NCBI RefSeq assembly: GCF_947500065.1
Contig: NZ_CANMQT010000006.1
Coordinates: 60,215-124,214, forward strand
Direction of reading: 5' to 3'
Length of the DNA: 64,000 nucleotides
DNA from: an uncultured Aquimarina sp.
GTDB taxonomy: Bacteria; Bacteroidota; Bacteroidia; Flavobacteriales; Flavobacteriaceae
Below are positions 9,801 through 18,900 of this stretch, piece by piece. A program made the translations under genes and the position numbers. Below the pieces are notes generated by a model. The model searched no databases. It had not been told where the DNA came from and saw nothing but the letters and a program-made list of their open reading frames with translations. Positions within the stretch are counted from its first letter, which is position 1; each line of letters begins with the position of its first letter.

Positions 9801-10356
9801 GGCAAACAGTCAGTACAGTTATCAAGTATCTGCGGATAGTAATAATCCAACGATTACTTTTATACCTGAAGCAAACGGAATGGGAGATAATGTATGTATA
9901 CTTTTTTATAGTACTTCTCCAACTGGGACGTATCCTGGATATGGTGTAACACCTAATGTTCCTTTTCAGATAAATGCCAATCAAGGAGAGCAGATTTATT
10001 TTTATTACACCTATAGTTTACCAACAGGAGGAGAGAATAATACGGCTAATGCGAAACACGAATTTGTTGTGGGTTCATGCGATACTAATAGATTATCAGG
10101 GTTGAACAAAGATGGTTTAGATATAATAGTGTATCCAAATCCAGTTTCTGACCGATCTCAAATAGTATTACCTATAGATCATGAATTTTACAAATACAGA
10201 ATATTGGATATTTCCGGAAAAGTAGTTTTAGAACAATCAATTAGTAAAAAGGAACAAAAACTAACATTGGATATGAGTCAAAATAAAAGCGGATTATATT
10301 TCTTGAAATTATATGGTGAATCCTATAATCCAAGCTTTAAGTTATCAAAAAAATAA
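6874..10356 (+). CDS. T9SS-secreted GH81 endo-beta-1,3-glucanase with CBM6-like module, 98-aa unknown module and T9SS CTD
   Basis: Signal peptide MKKPKIFKKAVVVVLLFLIPG. GH81 hallmarks: FFTDHHFHYGYLAHAGALL (DHHFHYGY) and NQESTSEAMQSW (ExxxE catalytic pair). Then LIEAEDYNEGGEGVGYHDTS (CBM6-like) and a tail VYPNPVSD...GLYFLKLY. Confidence 0.85.
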   Translation: MKKPKIFKKAVVVVLLFLIPGIHTWSQNVIPVGSGSYAEYPPSHEYIGNDPTQPMFQTIALNPMLDIGPNMIGKPVPTNDWWTSVLYNENQDGSRNGGNLWTYPLLSRANSEGYQIGHRTAKDWGGDESIGISVDYLVTLTGDNFTANKTIATNWSDWHVDLEVQQSSNSNQTIDVTLAQGMPFVWTKPNGFNAIIQSIHTGVRTYYDANGNELSFPATVDRFIIEYDGNLYGVHLTENANITPRNGIDGNLEIANSDGKYVVFSALTEISDLNFLHDYAFAKPTDTKANYDYQPENGLVNVTYQVEKMNIIGNQANVLQGFIPHHYRGNTNTFSFLSGREYRATPRGTVKLAAGTSFSFNYEFNADLLPHFNEPVTVGSDTNSYEKAKLVEMIDSYSEKLNRDNFANGTYWGGKALVQLIKYILIAKEINHPDFADLLSFAKEKTYDWLTYTPGETSFYYAYYPAWKALVGFNEEYYSGFFTDHHFHYGYLAHAGALLEIAEPGSMDNYWPMLTKVIKTYANWDRNDTEFPYMRTFSPWMGHSFANGLGNAIGNNQESTSEAMQSWAGMFMTGEITENTAMRDAAAYGYVMEGRAIADYWYNESGVFEEIGYDQPIVGILEMNRYVYGTFFGAQDTYIHGIQWLPISPAYGFWNDFLTPNEANAIVDPIINNMATDLGNLSGDWMNVSWGFKLFFDPEGVTSNFDQFWNSPVGSQEYNVAHNSNESALTYYYAHNSQNLGLRQSNYRLSLPMSSAFLKNGKVMYVVYNPKDTEQICKVYRDGNEVDSFIVPANTLITTDGNGIIINPPTNSSNIPGLIEAEDYNEGGEGVGYHDTSIGNIGGAYRQDNVDIQGTGDTVGGDYNIGWISAGEWLAYDINATASSNTYDIDFRVASPNGNGKFHIEVDGVSVTDIVSVPNTNGWQNYETITVSNIAISEGLHEVRMVFDSNGLNLNFVDFKAAADTTGGGTTCSGTAANSQYSYQVSADSNNPTITFIPEANGMGDNVCILFYSTSPTGTYPGYGVTPNVPFQINANQGEQIYFYYTYSLPTGGENNTANAKHEFVVGSCDTNRLSGLNKDGLDIIVYPNPVSDRSQIVLPIDHEFYKYRILDISGKVVLEQSISKKEQKLTLDMSQNKSGLYFLKLYGESYNPSFKLSKK
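9313..9760 (+). repeat. Third copy of the CBM6-like cassette (in the GH81 gene)
   Basis: Nucleotide runs are shared with 5631-6060, e.g. gaagattataatgaaggagg and cacgatac. The protein is colinear. Confidence 0.85.
9787..10080 (+). other. 98-aa Cys-bounded module of unknown function (copy 2)
   Basis: CSGTAANSQYSYQVSADSNNPTITFIPE...QIYFYYTYSLPTGGENNTANAKHEFVVGSC. Same length as copy 1, aligns without gaps, and about three quarters of positions are identical by eye. Confidence 0.7.
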
Positions 10357-10382
10357 ATAGTATTGATTTCTTTTAAATAAAA

Positions 10383-10420
10383 AAAACGGCTGAAGTTTAA
10401 TGTTTTAGCCGTTTTTATTT
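10383..10420 (+). terminator. Rho-independent terminator of the GH81 gene
   Basis: Stem AAAACGGCT/AGCCGTTTT with a T-run after it. An A-run precedes it, so it may work in both directions between the convergent genes. Confidence 0.8.
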
Positions 10421-10680
10421 CATGCTTAGAAAGAATTATTTTAAACTATTTGACATTACTGTTTTAAAAGTGTCTGTGCCACTGTAGTATTCTAATCCAC
10501 ATGAAAATATAGATCAAAATCTTATGTTTTGAAATTGTAAATTTTTATTTAGTAGAAATTAAAATAAATCTTTCTTTACGAAGATTAACTAATGATAAAA
10601 GTAGTTAAATAAATAAAACTTACCTCTCCACGTCATAAAAAGACAAGAGAGGCAAGTTTTACAAAGTATTAGGGGAAATG

Positions 10681-13600
10681 TTACTGTTTAATTAGTTTCA
10701 TTGTTTTTACTTCTTTACCCATTCTAAGTTTTAAGAAGTAGATTCCACTTGGAACACCATTTGTATCCCACTGAATATTTTGATTTCCAGAAGAAAGCTT
10801 TTCATTATCCTTCAATACAGCGACTTTAACACCGATCTGATTATAGATAACTGCATTGATTAATTTGTCCTTACTTAGTTTGAAGGTAATATTTACCTTC
10901 GAAGTAAAAGGATTAGGATACATTTTCAAACTTTCTTTTTCTAGTATTTGTTCTGGAGCTCTCTGATCTAAAGCATCTAAATAGATTCTATGTGGATTAG
11001 AAAATCCAAAACCTGCAACAATATCCCAGTTAATAGACCAAGTCATCAGTCCTCTGAAATCAGCATAACCAGAAGGTTTTACCATCGTATAGCTTCCTCC
11101 AAAAGATTGTCCTTTTATAATGTAATCCAATGCTTTATGGACTTCTGCTGGTGCTGTATAACCGCTTCCTGCGGCACTTGGACTAGCCGGCAGTCCTATA
11201 GCAACTTGATTAGGTCGTAAAGCAGGAAACTGTTCTCCTGTACTTAATGTAAATCCTTGTAATAACACTTCCGCCATCGCTACATGAAAATCTGCGGTAC
11301 CAGCAGAATATGCCTTGCCATCTAATGCTAACATGCTACCGGTATTATAATGTTGTACATGTATATAATCCATTTCAGTACGTAATGCATATATTAAAGG
11401 AAGATATGCTCCCCAAATACCACCATATTGGCCAATTCCTCCCTGTACATAAGCAGTTTCCGGAGCCATGGATAGAATAAATTTAGACATATCATATTGA
11501 GAAAGGATTGATCGGAAAGCTGTAATAAGATTAACAACCTTTGGAGAAGTCGGGTTTGATAAACTAGTATCTCCCGATGCCAAAGCAATTGAAGTACCTT
11601 CAAAATCAATATCCATTCCATCAAATCCATATTCATTGATAATATTTGTCATAGAACTACTAAAAATCTGAGCATCTGAAGAGTTATCAACATCAACTGC
11701 TCCTGTAGCACCACCCATAGAGATCAAGACTTTTTGGCCTCTACTCTGTAAGAGTCTTACATCATCCTTAAACTCCTGTGTAGAAGAATAAATGGAATTA
11801 TCAGGAATGAATTCCATATCTGCACCTAATTGAACCTTAGGTATTGCAAATGATACATTCACCACATCCCATTTATCAGATACATCTCTCAACTTAGGAA
11901 TTGAAGATCCATTATTAAAGTTGTGCCAATATCCTACCAAGATTCTTTTTGGTAAATCTCCACCAGTTGGAGGTGGAGGTACTGATCCCACAGAAATATT
12001 TACCGTAGACTCTCCTGTAGCATTATCATCATCAGTTGCCTTTGCTGTAAGTGTATAATTTCCTGTAGAAGCGTTGTTCCAGGTAAAACTATAAGGACTT
12101 GTTGTGTCTGTTTCAAGTAAAGTTCCATTTCTAAAAAACTCTACTTTTGTTACATTTCCATCGGTATCTGAAGCTGAAGCATTAATTGTAATTGTACTTC
12201 CTACAGTAAATGACTGTCCATTTGCTGGTTGTGAAATGGATACAGTTGGAGCTTCATTTTCTCCGGTATTTCCTCCATCACATTCACCTAGAAGCGTCCA
12301 TGCATCTTGCCAATAACTTCCTTCTCCAGGACTATATGCCCAAGCAGCACCGTTACACCATCCCGTAAAAGGATGTGGTTTACATTCATATTTATTTCCA
12401 TTGTTTTGAACGATACTCCCCGCAACATACCCTCCATTTTCTACATATTGAGGTTCATTACATTCTCCTCCGCCATCAGTATTCACTGTTATATTTATTG
12501 CTGTAGATGTACCTGATGCTCCTTCATTATCCGTTGCTGTTGCTGTAAGAACATGGTTACCAATTATTGCTGTCCAATTTGCAGAATACGGAGCGGAAGT
12601 ATCTTCGCTAATCATATTTCCGTCTACATAAAAAGATACTTTCGTTATATTTCCATCAGAATCATTTGCATTAGCTTGAATATCAACGCTTTCTCCAGTG
12701 TTAAAAGAAGTTCCATTAGATGTTATACTTATGGTTGGCGGAGTATTATCGTCATTAGTAACTGTAATAGAAACTGCAGTTGATGTTGTAACGTTGTTAT
12801 CATTATCTGTAGCACTAGCTGTAATTGTATGGTTACCTTCTAAAGCTGTCCAGTTTGTTGTATATGGAGCTGAGGTATCTTCAGAAATCATAGTATCATC
12901 TACATAAAATTCTACTTTAGTAATAGTACCATCTGCATCTGAAGCATTTGCGTTAATAGTAACTACATTGCCTATAAGAAATGATTGCCCACTACTCGGT
13001 GAAGTAATGGTTACTTGTGGTGCTGTTGACACATCTCCGCAAGGACCTATTAATTCCCATACATTCTCGCGATTGGTAACAGGATCATTATTTTGTGTCC
13101 ACCATTTGGCTCTATATTCATTTCCTTGATATGACACTTCATCACCATTAACATATATTTGCCCAGCTACGTATGGAGGTCTTGTACAAGGATTATCACT
13201 TCCTGTTACTGTAATAGAAACAGATTCCGAGCTTACTCCATTTTCATTATCAGTAGCGGTTACTTTTATTGAATGACTTCCTACTCCTGCATTGGCCCAA
13301 TCAAAACTGTATGGAGCAACAATATCTTCTCCCAAAAGAACTTCTCCGTCAAAAAATTCTACTTTAGCAATAGTACCATCCGCATCAGACGCTTCTGACG
13401 AAATCGTTATAATAGTTCCAACAGAAAAAGAATCTCCTTCATTTGGAGAATTAATAACCACTACAGGTAATTGATTATTACCATTTGCTACAGAGATTGA
13501 AACTGAATCAGTATTACTAACTCCTTCGTTATCGTAAACTTTTGCTATGATAGAATAATTACCTACTGCTACACTATTCCAGGTATAAGAATAAGGGGAA

Positions 13601-15318
13601 GTAGTATCTTCTCCTAATAAAGTTGTTCCATTATAAAATTCAACACGAGCGACACTAACATCATCAGTGGCATTGGCGGTAATATTGATCTCATTTCCAG
13701 CCTCAAAAGTGCTGCCTTGAGAAGGAGAAGTAATTGAAACTGTTGGAGGACGATTTCCTGTATCTCCTGAGGCAAATACTTCATTCATTTTATTAATCAA
13801 TGGAGATTTTACATTTGACCACCTTTTTAATTTTGTACCAAAAGATTGAGATGATCCGCTAAATTCTAGATCACCAAAAACCGTCCAAACTATAGTTCCT
13901 GCTAGGTTATTATCATTAATAAATTGCGCTTTGATTGCGATAGATTCATCATCATCGTAGCTTAGAAAGAAGTTTCCCTTTACCATATAAGGAACTTTTG
14001 CTTGATCATCCCATTTACGAGTCCATCCGCTACCAGATCCAGTCTTTTGTTTGATAAAAAAGTGATTGGGCGTACCGTCATATACTTCTTGAGGCCAATT
14101 CGTATAATCTGCGGCGGTACTTACTGGACCATCGGGTTGAATAGTAACATTTCTCTTCACTGTAGGAGCATTTAAATCTGCAGCTCCATCTGTAATAACA
14201 CCTCTACCGTAAAATGGTGCTCCAAAATTTATTTTATTCGAAGGTACTCCCATACCTGTCATTTTCTCAAGTAATGTCTGCCAGTTAAATTCAGGTGCTT
14301 CAGCTCCATCATAAGGATATACTGGAGCATTATGGCCTGCAATATTCGACCAACCACCATTAAAATCATAGGTCATCATGTTAAAATAATCCATAGTATT
14401 GACCAACTTAGACCAATTGAAGCCTTCTATTTTTTTGTAATCTGCAGCCATTGCTGCAGTTATTAATTTATCTGGTCCTATTGCGTTTCTGATTTCCTGA
14501 ACTAAATTTTCAAAATTAGCATAGTCCGCATTTGTTCCTGTAAAATTCATACCTGGAAATGGTCCAGGATATTCCCAGTCTAAGTCAATACCATCAAAGC
14601 CCATGTTGATAAGCTTTTTACAATCCTCTATAAAACGAGCTCTCTTTACAGGATCCGCTGCCATTTCAGGAAAGTGTTTACACATACTCCATCCACCAAT
14701 AGATGCCATTACTTTTACTCCATTTGCTTTTGCCAATTCTAACAAACCTTTAGCATCACTACCTTCTTTTGGAAGAGGTAATGGTAAAACACCACTAAGT
14801 CCCCATTCTGGATGATTCCATGTATTTCCTCCGACTGCAACTTGAAATCCCAAGGCTTCTGCACGTTGTTTTACATCTTCGTTAATCCATTGTATCGGTT
14901 CAATTTCACCAAAAAGAATATGAAAATCCCAACTGCTATATACGTCTCCATATAATAGATCGGCCGGTTGCTGTACTGTTCCTGGTTGATGAATTTGTTT
15001 ATTACGAAGATCTCCACTATGTAAAGAACCATCAACTGCTACTCCAAAAAAAGAGTAATTTAAAATAGTGTATTTTGAGTAATCAATATTTAATTGCGTT
15101 AATGCTCCAGCGGAAGGAACACCAGCACTAGCTGCTTTCCAAGCATCCCAGTTTGTGATATATCCAATTACCTCTTTTTGGTGATCAGATGTTGTAGCAC
15201 TTCCTCCTGTATTTACTTGCCCCCAGGTAAAGCTGACAAATAGAGAAAATAAAATTAATAATGGTTCTTTCCAGAATCTAAAATGAAAAGATTCTTTTTT
15301 AGGTTTTAATAGTTTCAT
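10681..15318 (-). CDS. T9SS-secreted chitinase with two GH18 catalytic domains, five Ig-like repeats and two CBM5/12-type chitin-binding modules
   Basis: ATG at 15318 (MKLLKPKKESF...). The N-terminal GH18 has the DxxDxDxE motif FDGIDLDWEYPG and the C-terminal GH18 has FDGMDIDFEG. Chitin-binding motifs: YVAGQIYVNGDEVSYQGNEYRAKWWTQNNDP and YVAGSIVQNNGNKYECK...SYWQDAWTLLGEC. The tail MYPNPFTSKVNI...GIYFLKL is a T9SS CTD. The architecture resembles ChiA of Flavobacterium johnsoniae. Confidence 0.9.
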   Translation of the reverse strand: MKLLKPKKESFHFRFWKEPLLILFSLFVSFTWGQVNTGGSATTSDHQKEVIGYITNWDAWKAASAGVPSAGALTQLNIDYSKYTILNYSFFGVAVDGSLHSGDLRNKQIHQPGTVQQPADLLYGDVYSSWDFHILFGEIEPIQWINEDVKQRAEALGFQVAVGGNTWNHPEWGLSGVLPLPLPKEGSDAKGLLELAKANGVKVMASIGGWSMCKHFPEMAADPVKRARFIEDCKKLINMGFDGIDLDWEYPGPFPGMNFTGTNADYANFENLVQEIRNAIGPDKLITAAMAADYKKIEGFNWSKLVNTMDYFNMMTYDFNGGWSNIAGHNAPVYPYDGAEAPEFNWQTLLEKMTGMGVPSNKINFGAPFYGRGVITDGAADLNAPTVKRNVTIQPDGPVSTAADYTNWPQEVYDGTPNHFFIKQKTGSGSGWTRKWDDQAKVPYMVKGNFFLSYDDDESIAIKAQFINDNNLAGTIVWTVFGDLEFSGSSQSFGTKLKRWSNVKSPLINKMNEVFASGDTGNRPPTVSITSPSQGSTFEAGNEINITANATDDVSVARVEFYNGTTLLGEDTTSPYSYTWNSVAVGNYSIIAKVYDNEGVSNTDSVSISVANGNNQLPVVVINSPNEGDSFSVGTIITISSEASDADGTIAKVEFFDGEVLLGEDIVAPYSFDWANAGVGSHSIKVTATDNENGVSSESVSITVTGSDNPCTRPPYVAGQIYVNGDEVSYQGNEYRAKWWTQNNDPVTNRENVWELIGPCGDVSTAPQVTITSPSSGQSFLIGNVVTINANASDADGTITKVEFYVDDTMISEDTSAPYTTNWTALEGNHTITASATDNDNNVTTSTAVSITVTNDDNTPPTISITSNGTSFNTGESVDIQANANDSDGNITKVSFYVDGNMISEDTSAPYSANWTAIIGNHVLTATATDNEGASGTSTAINITVNTDGGGECNEPQYVENGGYVAGSIVQNNGNKYECKPHPFTGWCNGAAWAYSPGEGSYWQDAWTLLGECDGGNTGENEAPTVSISQPANGQSFTVGSTITINASASDTDGNVTKVEFFRNGTLLETDTTSPYSFTWNNASTGNYTLTAKATDDDNATGESTVNISVGSVPPPPTGGDLPKRILVGYWHNFNNGSSIPKLRDVSDKWDVVNVSFAIPKVQLGADMEFIPDNSIYSSTQEFKDDVRLLQSRGQKVLISMGGATGAVDVDNSSDAQIFSSSMTNIINEYGFDGMDIDFEGTSIALASGDTSLSNPTSPKVVNLITAFRSILSQYDMSKFILSMAPETAYVQGGIGQYGGIWGAYLPLIYALRTEMDYIHVQHYNTGSMLALDGKAYSAGTADFHVAMAEVLLQGFTLSTGEQFPALRPNQVAIGLPASPSAAGSGYTAPAEVHKALDYIIKGQSFGGSYTMVKPSGYADFRGLMTWSINWDIVAGFGFSNPHRIYLDALDQRAPEQILEKESLKMYPNPFTSKVNITFKLSKDKLINAVIYNQIGVKVAVLKDNEKLSSGNQNIQWDTNGVPSGIYFLKLRMGKEVKTMKLIKQ
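11990..13752 (-). repeat. Five ~90-aa Ig-like repeats interleaved with two chitin-binding modules in the chitinase linker
   Basis: Repeat consensus: P.V.I.SP..G.SF..G..I.I.A.A.D.DG.I.KVEF(Y/F).....(L/I).ED...PY...W......G.H.(I/L).A.ATD(N/D). Confidence 0.8.
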
Positions 15319-15929
15319 AATGATTAGTGTTAAGTTTTTAATGACGTTTGTGTCAATAATCAAGGCTTAAAATAGAAAGAACCATACAGCTCTAAAAAAT
15401 AATTAGATCAACGACATTGTTTGAGAGATATTATGAGATAGAAATCCTATGAAGGTAGTTTTTGGTTTTTAAGAAATAGAATAGGAAATCACCAATTTTA
15501 TGAAGTGAACATTAAATAACTAATAATTAGTTTGTACAAATTTCTTACATGATCTATTATAATAATCTTTGCTATAGATGTTTGAATTATATTTTTCGAT
15601 GAAATGTATAGTGTTAAAATAAAGTAAGTTTTTTACTACAATTTAACATTTATTTATAGATTTTAACATTTTGTAGTTAGAATATGTTTTTTAACGTTTT
15701 TCGTTTTTTTTTCTTCTTTAGCAGTATATAAATCATAATATTTGTACGGGGAATAGGGGTAAAATTTTGTAATTGTATTTTGTTTAATACGTTGATAACT
15801 AGTTCTTAGTTGTCAGATTTCTATTTATTTCTAATTTTCATTGTTTATTTTTTTTGCTCTTTTCTATGGTATGGATTGGGCATTATTTTTTGCATACTAA
15901 CACAAATAACTAACAACAAAACCAACCGT

Positions 15930-18900
15930 ATGATGAAAATTACTTTCGGAAAGTACAAATCAAAGAGGCGCAATATGACAAGTATATTGTTAGCCTTATT
16001 ATGCTTTGTGTCACTTACAACACAAGCAGGAAATGAAGTTAACTCTTATGAGAGTGCAGAGAGTTACACGAATATTACTGTGGGATCTACCATAGTGTTA
16101 ATTGCTAACAATGGTAAATATGTATCTTCAGAGAATGGGAGAAAGCCAATAATAGCTAATAGAACAAGGATCGGTTCTTGGGAAAAATTTATTGTTGTAG
16201 ATGCAGGAAATGGAAAAATTGCCTTAAAAGGAAATAATGGTAAATACCTTTCTTCTGAAAATGGAAAAAAACCAATGTATTGTAATGTAAATCATTTAGG
16301 TGCTTGGCAAAAATTTAAAGTAATTCGATTAGGAAATGGAAAAATTGCTTTAAAAGGAAGTAATGGGAAATATGTTTCTTCTGAGAATGGAAAAAAACCA
16401 ATGAATTGTAATAGATCAAGACTTGGTTCTTGGGAAAAATTTAAAGTAAAAGTTTTACACCGTAACAATTGCGAACTTAATGCTGGTAGAATTGAGCATA
16501 CGCAAAAGAACTGTGGTGGTTTTACACCAGAAGAATTTGTAGGAACTACTGTAAATAGTGGGGACCATAGAAATGTAATATATCAATGGCAGATTAAAGA
16601 AAATATGGGGGAGCAATGGCAGAATATTGCTGGAGCAGATTCTAAAAATTATCAAGCACCTTATAGAGAATCTGGGTCAGTTTGGTATAGAAGAGCAGTT
16701 AAAATCGAAGGTTGTCATGAGTATTTTTATTCTAATTCAGTAGATATCCATGTAAAAGCACAGCCAAAAACTGATGTTAGTGTAATGAATGCTAATTGCG
16801 GAAAGCAAGACGGTACTATTACTTTTACATTTGCAGATACAGAAGGAAGAAGTCATATAGAATTTTCATTGGATGGAGGAACAACATATAAAACTGTTCC
16901 AGATAATTCTTCAATGTATACATTTAAAGATTTAGCAGCAGGAAGTTTTGATATATGGGTTCGTTGGGGTAATGACCAATGTCCAGTAGATCTAGGTACA
17001 GTTATTATAGAAGATAAGTCGATTACTGTAGATGCAGGTGAAGATGTAGAAGTTTGTGAAGGAGAAGAAGTTACTTTGACCGCTTCAGTAGAAGGGAATC
17101 AAAATTGTAGTGAATGTGTTGAGTATGGCATAGTTAATACAAACAATTGCAAGAGAAATGAAAATTATGTTATGTGGTTGACTGATGGTAATAATCCAAG
17201 ATGGTTTTCTAATGTAGATCTTCAATGGCAAGAGTTTGCTGATGGTACTGCAAAACTTTCAGGAACAGTATATGACCATACTTTAGAGCAAAAAACATAT
17301 GAAGTAGATGCATTATTTACTGGAAAAACGGTAAACACCCCTGCTGATAGCCCAAAAGATCATGTATGTAATGATGAAGATGCTACTGGATGGATGTACT
17401 ATACAGGATTGACAGGTACCGTAAAAAGTACAGATGGTTCTTGGTCGGTTAATTTATCTAGAAGAGGACCAGCTTTCCAGATGGGGAATGGAGCTAATCA
17501 AACTGAAACCGAAGAAGGTAAATTTGGAGCATGCGGATGGTTCGATACTACAGATCAAGAATATTGCAGAGGAGATTTTAATATTAATTTTGGAGATTGT
17601 ATTACTACAGATGAAGATAACCTGACGTATTTATGGTCTACAGGAGAAACTACAGAAAGTATTACTGTTAATGAAGCAGGTGCTTATTCTGTAACTGTTA
17701 AAAATTGCGATGATTGTGAAGCAACGGACATCGTAGAAGTTACATATACAAAAGAGCTTGAAGATGGTGGTGAAATTAAGGAAACACAGACAAATTGCGA
17801 AGCATTTGATCCAGAAGAGTTTACTGGTAATGACCTTGAAGAGGAAACCGGTTTAACTGTTGTATATCAATGGCAAATTAAAAAAGAACAAGGACAAACT
17901 TGGGAAGATATCGATGGAGCAAATGAAATGAATTATGTAGCACCTCGTATTGAATCAGGATCTTTATGGTACAGAAGAGGAGCAAAGAGCGAAGAATGTG
18001 GAGAGTTTGTGTATTCTAATAGTGTTGATTTACATGTAAAAGTAGCTCCAGTTGCAGAAGTAATTCTTACCAATGCCGATTGTACAGATCCTACAGGTGA
18101 TATTGAACTAACTTTTGAAGATTCTGAAGATCGCACACATATTGAGTTTTCTATTGATGGAGGAGTTACATATACAGAAGTTCCAGATGATTCAGGTTCT
18201 TTTAGTTTTAATGACCTGGAAGTAGGAGATTATAATTTATGGGTACGATGGGGTAATGAAGATTGTCCTGTTGATCTAGGAACTTTTACAATTGAAGAAG
18301 TAGAAGTAATTACTGTGGATGCAGGATCTGATGAGTTTATTTGTAAAGGAGAAGATGTTACTTTAAATGCACAAGTTACAGGAGATGGAGAATGCGAAGA
18401 ATGTGTTGGGTATGATATTAAAGATACCGATTACTGTAGAGGAAGACACCATCAGTTTGTGGTATACATAAACGATCAGGGAACAAGACTATGGATGAGA
18501 AATGTTAACTTGGTTTGGAGTGAAAATGCAGATGGAACCGCTACATTAAAAGGTGAAGTTTTTGAATACAATTCTACGAATACTTCTTTTATGGTTGATG
18601 CTACTTTTACAGGGTTCACAAGTGTACCGCCAGCAGGTAGTCCGAAAGCTAGTTCTTGTCAAACAGAAGATCCTTCAGGTTGGGTATATTATACAGAATT
18701 AAGTGGTTCTGTAACTCAAATAGACGGATCGTTAAGTTATAATATTTCTAGAAGAGGAGAAGCATTTCAGTTAGGAAACGGTGCCAATGTATTCGAGTAT
18801 GAGGATGCTGTATATGGAGGATCTGGATGGTTTAATTTAGAAGATAACCCTACTTCTTTTGGAGATTTTAATATCAATATAGGAGATTGTATTACAACAG

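Noticed and set aside
10990-14815. Eight plus-strand track ORFs of 60-76 aa (10990, 12104, 12307, 12553, 12698, 13292, 14603) and the minus-strand ORF 11394-11636, all inside the chitinase gene.
   Set aside because: They are fully embedded in, or antisense to, a 1545-aa ORF with clear GH18/CBM motifs. They have low-complexity translations and no start context, so they are spurious.
15704-15712. A T9 homopolymer in the divergent chitinase/beta-trefoil-protein promoter region, considered as a slipped-strand phase-variation tract.
   Set aside because: Homopolymers of this length are common in such AT-rich intergenic DNA. Its position relative to the -33/-7 elements could not be established, and there is no supporting evidence.
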